Origin: Octopus bimaculoides
Lineage: Eukaryota
DNA: 64,000 nt
Reading direction: 5' to 3'
Assembly: GCF_001194135.2 (NCBI RefSeq)
Contig: NC_068998.1
Location: forward strand, 38,411,202-38,475,201
Positions 38,525 through 49,276 of this stretch are shown in pieces; position 1 is the first letter of the stretch, and each line of letters opens with the position of its first letter. Position numbers and translations under genes: made by a program. A model generated the notes under the pieces. The model did no database searches. It was given only the letters and a program-made list of their open reading frames with translations, and had not been told where the DNA came from.

Positions 38525-38725
38525 ACATAGTAAATCCCAAAAAGAACAAACATTAAAAAAAAAACGTGAGGATGTGGTACATGTAAAGTACTAGCAGACG
38601 CTCAGGGAAGGAAAGAAAGCTGGTTTAATGTTTTGAGCAGACGCTCTTCTTCAGAAACAGAAGAATGTCCAATAGCAGGGAAGACGGAGGAAGATAATCG
38701 CCAACGATTCACATGTGGTTATATA
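38525..38725 (-). mobile_element. Penelope-like terminal fragment (third family)
   Basis: Part repeated inverted at 13695-13790; contains a decayed hammerhead motif at 38623-38658. Confidence 0.55.
38623..38658 (-). ncRNA. Decayed minimal hammerhead motif
   Basis: GUUU-CUGAAGA-A-GAGC/GUCU/GCUC-AAAACAUU-AAAC; G12A and G16.2A are both explicable as CpG decay. Confidence 0.4.
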
Positions 38726-39931
38726 NNNNNNNNNNNNNNNNNNNNNNNNNNNNNNNNNNNNNNNNNNNNNNNNNNNNNNNNNNNNNNNNNNNNNNNNNNN
38801 NNNNNNNNNNNNNNNNNNNNNNNNNNNNNNNNNNNNNNNNNNNNNNNNNNNNNNNNNNNNNNNNNNNNNNNNNNNNNNNNNNNNNNNNNNNNNNNNNNNN
38901 NNNNNNNNNNNNNNNNNNNNNNNNNNNNNNNNNNNNNNNNNNNNNNNNNNNNNNNNNNNNNNNNNNNNNNNNNNNNNNNNNNNNNNNNNNNNNNNNNNNN
39001 NNNNNNNNNNNNNNNNNNNNNNNNNNNNNNNNNNNNNNNNNNNNNNNNNNNNNNNNNNNNNNNNNNNNNNNNNNNNNNNNNNNNNNNNNNNNNNNNNNNN
39101 NNNNNNNNNNNNNNNNNNNNNNNNNNNNNNNNNNNNNNNNNNNNNNNNNNNNNNNNNNNNNNNNNNNNNNNNNNNNNNNNNNNNNNNNNNNNNNNNNNNN
39201 NNNNNNNNNNNNNNNNNNNNNNNNNNNNNNNNNNNNNNNNNNNNNNNNNNNNNNNNNNNNNNNNNNNNNNNNNNNNNNNNNNNNNNNNNNNNNNNNNNNN
39301 NNNNNNNNNNNNNNNNNNNNNNNNNNNNNNNNNNNNNNNNNNNNNNNNNNNNNNNNNNNNNNNNNNNNNNNNNNNNNNNNNNNNNNNNNNNNNNNNNNNN
39401 NNNNNNNNNNNNNATACTGGAGTAAGTACGTAAATGTGCAACAAGGTGGAAAAAAGAGTACCAGAGGTAGAGTAATATGCTTTATTTAAAAGCAGCAGAA
39501 ATATAACAAAAGACTGTTACTCGGAGTATATATATATATATATATATATATATCTTAGATGGTTTGGAGGTGATGTACAAGAATTATATATTAGAAAAAT
39601 AACAAGGTACTCAGATATCTGGATGGTTGTACATTTACAAATTTTTATTAATATGTCACATGTTTTTATAAATTAGCGCTTGCATCTATTCTAGTAGATT
39701 ATCAAAATATATGTATTATACATACAGTACAGAATTTTGTCAGTGAACAGGTCAGTCTCAAAGCAACGAAAATATTTTGACAAATTAAATTTGAATGTTG
39801 AAGTGAATCTAATGGTTTTTGTATATTTCTTAAATGTCTTATAAACACCTTCCATGCTGCAATTGTTTTCATTCCAGCACACGATCTCAGATCAGGTCAC
39901 TTGCTATGCATGTACATCTCTGTAATATATA

Positions 39932-39967
<36 letters not shown>

Positions 39968-40044
39968 TGTATGTATGTATGTGTATACATATATATATAT
40001 ATATACAATACATCAATACATATATATATATATATGTATATCTA

Positions 40045-40160
<116 letters not shown>

Positions 40161-41197
40161 TACACACACATACATATATATACATTTATATATGTGTGTA
40201 TGTATTTATATATGTATATAAACACACAGAGTAAGACAGAAAAAGTAAGAGAGAAGAAAGATATAAGTACAAATATGTAGACAACATAATGAATAGAAAT
40301 CTTTCAAACAACATATACTCCCTGAGACACACCAATGCATACACACACACACACACACACATGCACACACACGTACACACACACACACACCAAGGCAAAC
40401 AGTTGTACACACATACAGAGATGCAAACATACACACTAACAGAGACACAGACGCATTGAAATTCCTGATAAAATCAGTTCTGGAGGAACTATAATGTATC
40501 TTAGAGAGAGACTTGGTGATCGCTTGAAACTTTGAAGTAAAGCAAGAATACGACAATATTTGTCTGAAAGTTCCTCTTTGATCTGCTAATCTGTGCACAA
40601 ATCACTCTTTCGTCTGAAACAAGGTCGTGATGAGAAGCAAAACCTGACAGACATAACAGAATCAATGAGAAAGAATTGAGGGTGAGTAGATCTTAGTTCC
40701 ATTTATGTTGAAGACAACACAAATAGAGTTATGTGGGAAATGTCATCAATAAAAAGGGGCCTTGCACTTTTAGTCCTTACTTTAAACATTCAAACGTAGC
40801 TCTATTAAATCATTCTTAAGGTTCTATGTATGACACACCAAAGTATAGCTGTCCCTTCGAGGTTTCCCTGATGAGCCTGAATGTATATATATGGTCAATG
40901 GATGGTAGATAGAATGGGTTAAGAGGAAGGGAAAAAGGACCAGGGAGAAGAGGAAGGAGCTAGAATTCAGAAAAGGATCACAAAAATTGTCATTGATGCC
41001 ATTGTCATCATCTTCACTTTCACCATCATCATCCCAATTTTCCAAATCATCCTCCTCCTCCTCCTCCTCCTCATCATCATCATCATCATCATCTCTTGCT
41101 GTTCTGCCTCCTCCCCTCCTCCTGCACTCCTCCTTGCTTCCTTCCCCCAAATTCATGCCTTGTGACTATAATAGAAAGGATTATTATTATTATTATA

Positions 41198-41250
<53 letters not shown>

Positions 41251-42151
41251 CATTACTGATAACTTGTGTTTTAAAAAGAAAAAGAGTAAAACCAAAAAAT
41301 GCAAAGAGGTTAATACACAGATTATAAATGAACAGTAAGAACATTTAAATGGTACTGCATATCTGCATATGAGTGGGGCACATGCAGCCATTTCATCTCC
41401 ATCGATTTCATTCTACATATTACCATTTTCCATTCACTTTTATGTTTTTGTCCCCACTGTGCTGTCCTGTCTGCCTTTGTACTGTCCCCTTTGTGTTAGG
41501 CCCTTGTGGCTGTAATAAAAATCATTATTATTATTATTGCAAATCGTCCAACCCATGCTAGCATGGAAAGCGGACGTTAAACGATGATGATGATGATGAT
41601 GAGAGAGCAGTGCACGCCATCAAAGTGACACAGGGGTACAAATATATGAAGCCCAGTATACCCATCATGACTACCCATCTGATAAGGGTACACCAGGCAC
41701 ATGCATCACAACTTTATATGCGCGACATGGTGATCTTATATCAAGATAAACGGCACATGACCTTGCAGGTGGAGCCAGTTAGGATTTTTGTCAGGTCAAG
41801 TAGCCCATCCTGCTCAAAAGGTCCCTGAATAAGGGTTGTTTAAGGATGTTGAATGAAACACTCATGTTTCCAGAGGTGAATTATCCAAACCCCAAAGAAT
41901 TCCTTTCGACACATGGCTATGATGCTCCCCTACTGCTTCTGCTCATGATTAGAGATGCACATATCGTCAGCCACCAAGGGACATGCTCGACTGGTTACGG
42001 TCAAACAACTGACAGGCAAATTTGTGGTGTTGAGCAGAATATTTGCTGCAGCCCATCTTTTATAACAAGACAAAACAACGTACATGATAACACTTCCAAT
42101 CAGTTAAGATCAAAAACCATGAGAGCCACTACCTGATACTGCATTAGGGTA

Positions 42152-42197
<46 letters not shown>

Positions 42198-42493
42198 GCC
42201 TTTGCACAGCTTCTAACGCTGGAGATGTACTACGGTGTCAGCTGTTCACTACCAGTGAACTAAGGTAACACCTCTTATTTTTCGAGCACCTTCCGGAGTA
42301 TTCAAGCGGTTCCAAGCAGTGTTGTTTTCTGCAAGTGCTCCACCCTTATTGCAGCCCCTATTTGTTCCATGTACTTCTCAAGACTTTTGCTCACTGTTCC
42401 CAGGGCTCTAACAATTATTGGTACTACAACCACCTTTTTCAGCAACCACAACTGCTTAACCTCCCAAGCTAACCTGTCATATCTATCAACTTT

Positions 42494-42495
<2 letters not shown>
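42198..42495 (-). mobile_element. R4/Dong-clade LINE 3' fragment between (TAA)n tracts
   Basis: VDRYDRLAWEVKQLWLLKKVVVVPIIVRALGTVSKSLEKYMEQIGAAIRVEHLQKTTLLGTA*ILRKVLEK*. Confidence 0.85.
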
Positions 42496-42560
<65 letters not shown>

Positions 42561-42948
42561 CATTATTATTATTATAATATCATGGTGGCAAGCNNNNNNN
42601 NNNNNNNNNNNNNNNNNNNNNNNNNNNNNNNNNNNNNNNNNNNNNNNNNNNNNNNNNNNNNNNNNNNNNNNNNNNNNNNNNNNNNNNNNNNNNNNNNNNN
42701 NNNNNNNNNNNNNNNNNNNNNNNNNNNNNNNNNNNNNNNNNNNNNNNNNNNNNNNNNNNNNNNNNNNNNNNNNNNNNNNNNNNNNNNNNNNNNNNNNNNN
42801 NNNNNNNNNNNNNNNNNNNNNNNNNNNNNNNNNNNNNNNNNNNNNNNNNGTGGCAAAATTTGATATCATTATTATTATTATTATTATTATTATTAAATTT
42901 GATGTCATATTTCATCTCTCTTCAAGACATGATTTATTCAAGCATTAC

Positions 42949-43005
42949 CAAATGGAATTTTCTTTGGAGTATTTATAAAAAGAACTATAATTAACCAAGG
43001 AAAAC
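42949..43005 (-). CDS. Possible optional 57-nt exon of the minus-strand gene
   Basis: Pyrimidine tract, GAGGGCAG acceptor, donor TTG|GTAATG; phase 2 to 2 frame (R)FSLVNYSSFYKYSKENSI(C). Confidence 0.25.
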
Positions 43006-44604
43006 CTGCCCTCAATACACAGGGGAAACAATAAAAAAAAAAAGGTCTGTTTTACAAACTTTAAAAACTTTATTTTATTTCTACACATTTCATTTTGACA
43101 TCCCAAATGGCCACCAAATATATTTATGCGATACAACCAAAGCACTGCAGTGGTATAAGAAAAAAACAACTTCACAGAATCCAAACATGTAATCAAATCT
43201 AAAAACAGAAGCAAAATTAACAGTTTAGTGAAAAATTAAAAGGTAAAAATATCTCAGAGACGTAGAGGTTTCAAAAATACTGCGAGTAACAACAACAGTG
43301 ATGTGTATTGCATGGAGTTTAACTCTATAATCCATTTGGCACAGGCATAGCTGTGTGATAAGAAGCTTGCTTCACAACCATATGATTCCAGGTTCAGTCC
43401 CACTGTGTGGCACCATGGGCAAGTGTCTTCTATTATAGCTTTGGGCTAATCAAAGCCTTGTGACATATTTCTGATTACGCATTTGTACCCCACCTCTAGC
43501 CTCTCACACCTACCCTACAATGTCATTGTAACAATTTATATAATTACATCATTAAAATCCCAAAGCTATGAGATAAATTCATGAGAAAATAAACATTACA
43601 TTTGTCAGGATAATCTGAATGTTAAAGAATTAATCCATTGCCCAGTTCAGTATCACCATCTGACCATCTGGTCACTGCAAACCCTTAATGGATTTCATTC
43701 TGCTATAAGCATTTAGTTGAGGTGTTCAGTTGAAGGATACGATCCTTCTACCAGTCTTTGAGAATCTGTAAAACTACAGAGTAATGGGCACAGTATTTTC
43801 TTTCATAGGTTTGGGTGTGGTTGTGTGGTAAAAAGTTTGCTTTCTAACCACATGGTCCTGGGTTCAATCCCACTGTGGTACCTTCTGGAAGTGTATTCTG
43901 TTATAGTCCTGGGCCGACAAAAGCCTTGTGAGTGGATTTGATTGACAAACTGAAAGAAGGCTGTCATGTACATATATATGTATGTGTGTATGTATATATG
44001 TATGTATGTGTGGGTGTATATGTATATATGTAAATATGTATGTGTCTATGTGTGTGTGTGTCTTTGTGTTTGTGTTTGCCCACCCTACTGGTGTTGGTTT
44101 GTTTACATTCCAATATCTCAGCAATTCACCAAAAAAGAGACGGATAAAATAAGATCTAGGCTTTAAAAAAAAGTTTGATTTGTTCATCTCAACACTTCAA
44201 GGTGGCGCTCCAGCATGGCCACAAGCCAATGACTGAAATAAGTAAATGACAAAAGATACAAGATATCTAACATGGTAGAAATAGCCTGAATAAAGTAGGT
44301 TTATGATCAAATTGGTTCCAACAATGACCATCACATCTTTATTCCAGAAATACTAAATCTGGAATCACATTATTCAAAGTTCCTTAACATTCTATGACCT
44401 TCCAACATAATGATGGCAGAGTGCAATTTTGGAGAGATTTAACTGCTATTTCTAATAGGTTGAGTGATCATGCATGCAGTTTCCTTGGATCATTGATTCT
44501 GTTCCTCCCAACAGTACATAGGATAAATAAACATTTATCTCTTTATTCTGTATCCTTTATCTAATACTTTTGGGAAAGTCAAGAACACTGACCAATTTCC
44601 TTAC

Positions 44605-44680
44605 CTTGCCCTACAGATATGGGGTTTTGTATCCATGTGAAAAACAAAATCAATAAGTTTTAGCTGCCAACAATGATTGG
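44605..44680 (-). CDS. Candidate exon of the minus-strand gene (internal, or first coding exon from ATG 44636)
   Basis: Acceptor TTTTTGTTCATTTGTTTCAG, donor AAG|GTAAGG; single open frame (A)NHCWQLKLIDFVFHMDTKPHICRA(S/R), phase 1 to 2. Confidence 0.55.
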
Positions 44681-44774
44681 CTGAAACAAATGAACAAAAA
44701 TATTTTTTCCTGCATCAATTTTGATTTGGTTTGAGCGTTCGATAGCAATCTCAGAGAGCATTGTAGCCAATCAG
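44674..44774. promoter_or_regulatory. Two inverted NF-Y-type CCAAT boxes (possible bidirectional promoter)
   Basis: AGCCAATCA on minus (44674-44683) and plus (44765-44774) strands, local CpGs retained, between two divergent ATG-plus-donor units. Confidence 0.3.
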
Positions 44775-44791
44775 CCGTAGAGTATTCTTCA

Positions 44792-44818
44792 ATGGAAATA
44801 ATCCCTGAAGACTCTCAG
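44792..44818 (+). CDS. Candidate plus-strand exon (MEIIPEDSQ)
   Basis: ATG at 44792, donor CAG|GTAAGA in phase 0; the frame is open upstream to 44735, so it could instead be an internal exon. Confidence 0.35.
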
Positions 44819-44888
44819 GTAAGAGAGAAACAGAGAGGGGAAAAGAGAGAGGAGGAGAGAGAGAGAGAGAAGAGGGAGAGATAATAGA

Positions 44889-44920
<32 letters not shown>

Positions 44921-45079
44921 ATAGAAAGAAAGAGAGAGAGAGAGAGAAAAGAGATAGAGTAGAGTGCCGGAACTTAAATCCAGCAGACAGATGAAGGAGG
45001 CTTCTGCATCCATTCCATCTTTACCGAAACCTGTGCTTACAATTTAAAATTAGGTCACACAGCAAGTTCTAGTGACCAA

Positions 45080-45111
<32 letters not shown>

Positions 45112-45131
45112 TAATGATAATAACAACAACG

Positions 45132-45171
<40 letters not shown>

Positions 45172-45199
45172 ATACTAATACCACAAAAANNNNNNNNNN

Positions 45200-45263
<64 letters not shown>

Positions 45264-45289
45264 ATACCACAAAAATGGTAATAATAATG

Positions 45290-45509
45290 ATTTCAAATTT
45301 TGGCGCATGGCGGAATCTTTAGCATGCTGGACGAAATGCCTAGCAATATTTTGCCCATTGCTACATTTCGAGTTCAAATTCTGCCTGGGTCAACTTTGTC
45401 CTTCATCCTTTCAGGGTCGATAAATTAAGTATCAAAGAATCACTGGGGTCAATGTAATCAACTAGTCCCCTCCCCTCAAATTTCAGACCTTGCGCCTAAA
45501 GTAGAAAGA

Positions 45510-45563
<54 letters not shown>

Positions 45564-45775
45564 GTGGCAAGCTGGCAGAATCATAAGGAAACTGGGTGAT
45601 ATGCTTAGCGGTATTTCACTCGTTGCTACGCTCTGAGTTCAAATTCCACGAGGTTGACTTTGCCTTTCATCCTTTTGGGGTCAATAAATTATGTACCAGT
45701 GAAACACTGGGGGACAATGTCATCGAATATCCTCTCCCACCAAAAATTTCAGGCCTTCTGCCTATAGTAGAAAGG

Positions 45776-45831
<56 letters not shown>

Positions 45832-46030
45832 CATTATTATTATAAATTAGCAGCATTTCATCCATCTTTATGTTCTAAATGCAAATTCTGCCGAGATCGA
45901 TCGACTTTCCTTTTCATTCTTTCAGTGTCAATAAGTTAAGTACCAGTGAAACACTGGGGTCAATGTTATCAACTAGTCTCTTCCCCCAAATTTCGGGCCT
46001 TGTGCCTTTAGTAGAAAGGATTATTATTAT
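45290..46030 (+). mobile_element. Three head-to-tail SINE family B copies with (TTA)n tails
   Basis: B-box, central domain and GCCTTGTGCCT..AGTAGAAAGGATT(ATT)n repeated at about 45290, 45560 and 45850. Confidence 0.8.
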
Positions 46031-46046
46031 TATAAATTACTATTAG

Positions 46047-46104
<58 letters not shown>

Positions 46105-46942
46105 GCTGCAGCAGCAACAACAACAACAACAACAATAATAACAATAATAAATAAATGATAATAGTTAAAAAAAACAACTGTTACGTACTTGAAGAAATAA
46201 GTGTAGAAATATTTTTTTTTTTTAAACTAAAAACTCAATATTCTTGAAAGAGAATTTTCAAAGGGACACCACAATTTTTTCACTTCAGATATCTCAACAG
46301 CTGCTATGGAGAAAAAGTGTGAGGAAAAAAGTCTTTTGGGAGTAATTTCTAGGGAAGAGAGAAAAAGCCAAAAGAGAAAAAAAATTGAACAAAACAAAAC
46401 AGAAGGAAATAAACTAATTAATATTTCCCCTCTTAGTTGTAGGTAAGAAAAAAAAATACTTAGTTACTATTAGTGAATTCAAGAAGAGAAGGGAGATAAT
46501 TTGCAGAATTGAGAATTAATTTCACAAAATTAATTTTTATGCACAGGTAAAAATCTGTTTGTTTGTTTTAACTGAAGAATGGACAACTACAGATGTGTTT
46601 CAATATTACTGGACTTTGTTAATGAAATAGTCAAAAGTTCTTGGTGTCTTTTATATATAGATGCAAGCATGATTGTGTGATTAAGAAGTTTGCATTGCTA
46701 CTACATGGCCTTGAGTTCAGTCCTACTGTGTAGCACCTTAGGCAAGTGTCTTCTACTATAATCCCAGGACAACTAATGTTTTGTGAGTCAATTTGTAGAT
46801 AGAAACAGTGTGGAAATATGTTGAGTGTGTGTGTGTGTGTGTCATTGCTATTATGTTAAAGTGTTGTATGTCCAAATTTGGTTGAATATATTTTTTCAAT
46901 ATTTATTTTTGCATGCTGGTTCTTTTGGTCAAACTATCATAC

Positions 46943-47032
46943 CTCCAGCTGCTTCAGATGCCAAGATATTAAAAATTGTCAAAGTGTTGTACAACGGTTT
47001 GCTATGGAATGGTGAAACTATTCTTTCGTTTT
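46943..47032 (-). CDS. Candidate exon of the minus-strand gene
   Basis: Acceptor GTTGCATTTGCAG, donor GAG|GTATGA, 90 nt, single open frame (E)NERIVSPFHSKPLYNTLTIFNILASEAAG, phase 1 to 1. Confidence 0.55.
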
Positions 47033-47109
47033 CTGCAAATGCAACGTTTTGGACTTACCATACTTTTGCATAATAGCAACGATATATAAATATATATATA
47101 TATGATCTG

Positions 47110-47620
47110 TCGAGGCAAGTGTAAACAAATCAAAATCACTGACGTGGCCGATGACTGTACCGCCTGATTGGCACTAGTGTCAGTGGAATGTTAAAAGCAC
47201 ATCCAAGCGTGATCGTTGCCAGGGCCATAGATTGGCTCCCGTGCTGGTGACACATGAAAAGCACCATTCGAGCATGATCATAGCCAGTGTTGCCTTACCA
47301 GCTCATGTGGCGTTGAAACATGAAAAACAACATTCGAGCATGGTCATTGCCAGTGCCGCTGCACTGGCTCCCGTGCAGGTAGCACATAAAAACACCTTTT
47401 GAGCATGAGCATGGTCGTTGCCAGAACTGCCTGACTGGCCTTCATGCCAGTGGCATGTAAAAAGCACCCACTACACTCTCGGAGTGGTTGGCATTAGGAA
47501 GGGCATCCAGCTGTAGAAACTTTGCCAGACAAGAACCTGGTGCAGCCTCTGGCTCACCAGTCCTCAGTGAAACCGTCCAACCCATGCCAGCATGGAAAGC
47601 GGATGTTAAACGACGACGAT
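47110..47620 (+). mobile_element. RTE-derived repeat with five tandem units of about 60 nt
   Basis: Units GAGCATGGTCATTGCCAG..ACTGGC..GTGC-GGTG-GCAC-TAAAAA-CACC, then the GGCATTAGGAAGGGCATCCAGCTGTAG motif and RTE-type tail. Confidence 0.75.
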
Positions 47621-48262
47621 GAGGAAGAGGAGGAGGAGGAGGAGGAGAAGGAGGNNNNNNNNNNNNNNNNNNNNNNNNNNNNNNNNNNNNNNNNNNNNNN
47701 NNNNNNNNNNNNNNNNNNNNNNNNNNNNNNNNNNNNNNNNNNNNNNNNNNNNNNNNNNNNNNNNNNNNNNNNNNNNNNNNNNNNNNNNNNNNNNNNNNNN
47801 NNNNNNNNNNNNNNNNNNNNNNNNNNNNNNNNNNNNNNNNNNNNNNNNNNNNNNNNNNNNNNNNNNNNNNNNNNNNNNNNNNNNNNNNNNNNNNNNNNNN
47901 NNNNNNNNNNNNNNNNNNNNNNNNNNNNNNNNNNNNNNNNNNNNNNNNNNNNNNNNNNNNNNNNNNNNNNNNNNNNNNNNNNNNNNNNNNNNNNNNNNNN
48001 NNNNNNNNNNNNNNNNNNNNNNNNNNNNNNNNNNNNNNNNNNNNNNNNNNNNNNNNNNNNNNNNNNNNNNNNNNNNNNNNNNNNNNNNNNNNNNNNNNNN
48101 NNNNNNNNNNNNNNNNNNNNNNNNNNNNNNNNNNNNNNNNNNNNNNNNNNNNNNNNNNNNNNNNNNNNNNNNNNNNNNNNNNNNNNNNNNNNNNNNNNNN
48201 NNNNNNNNNNNNNNNNNNNNNNNNNNNNNNNNNNNNNNNNNNNNNNNNNNNNNNNNNNNNNN

Positions 48263-48415
48263 ATTTATTTTCAAATGCAGAGATGTCATTAGATCAGCAG
48301 AAACATTGGGTAAATTACCCCTACAAAGTGGAAACATTTATAAACAAACAAATTTTTCTGCTTTGTACCCAATATTTTTGCTGTTCTAATGGCGTCTCTG
48401 CATTCAAAAATAAAT
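48263..48415. repeat. Inverted repeat, 50-bp arms (43/50 identical), 53-nt spacer; MITE-like
   Basis: 48263-48312 versus reverse complement of 48366-48415. Confidence 0.8.
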
Positions 48416-49225
48416 CACCATCTTATTTGTATCTATATATATATTTCAGTGCTTATAAAAAAATAAATGTTAGTTTGTATATAAATATATATTGTATAAA
48501 AGGAAGTGAAACCAATTATTGATATTTTGAATGCATTAATCACTATGGTTGTTTTAACCCATCACCTGCAAGGGACCAATGTAAGATGTGTCGAAATGAT
48601 CATAGTGATTAATAAAGAATCTCTTGAGATTATTTCCTTTTTCTAGTTTGGATTCTTTACCAATCACCATCAAGTAATCGTTCTACTCTCTTTGGAAGTG
48701 CTGATTATTGCAACGAATCAACAGTTTATTTTGTTTATCGTTATTTATCTTTCATATGCAGGTATTTTGAGAGGGAGTGACACCCATGCCCTGCATAGTT
48801 AATGGCTGCCTTTTGGCAAGGCATAGTATTCATTCAGCCACCCTGCCAGAGATATGGCGAAGTCATAGGACTGCAGTATGGCAGACTGTGAAGAGGTGGT
48901 AGTAGAGTTCAACTGAGCCGGTGGTACTTATGTTGATGCTGAGCGGAGGAATCCTAGAAGATCAATGGCCAGGATCACCAAGTTCTATCAAGAGAGTAAC
49001 TGCAATGTATCCATAGGGGTGGCATCCATGGTTGTGTAATCAGCTAAAGAAAAATTCACCATGACTCAAGCTCCCAGTTCAAATTCATAATAATGGAATT
49101 GGATGGCAACAAAGAGTCATGGGAATCCATGAAAGCAGCAGCAAAAAATAAAAATTCAAATACATGTCAGTAGCTACTCTGAGTTAGTCCTCTTTGTTCA
49201 TTTTCATTTCATTTATGCAAATTAC

Positions 49226-49276
49226 CTCAACCATAAATGTGTCCTTTTCTTTCTTGAACATGTCCACGTATTCCAT
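49226..49276 (-). CDS. Candidate 51-nt exon
   Basis: Acceptor CCTTTTGCTCTTGCAG, donor GAG|GTAATT; phase 0 frame MEYVDMFKKEKDTFMVE; no phase link to 47032 without a missing exon (gap at 47655-48262). Confidence 0.4.

Noticed and set aside
45130-45290. Direct repeat (CTA)n-ATACCACAAAAA on both sides of a 10-N gap
   Set aside because: Typical scaffold overlap artefact.
46943-47032. Resemblance of ILASEAAGA to ASTAAGG in TBC1D32/BROMI
   Set aside because: Only a generic ARM-like pattern from memory; flanks do not align, so no symbol was assigned.
47140-47480. CRISPR-like or HDV-ribozyme reading of the tandem 60-nt units
   Set aside because: No unique spacers, eukaryotic TE context, and the P2-P3 order required for the HDV fold could not be satisfied.
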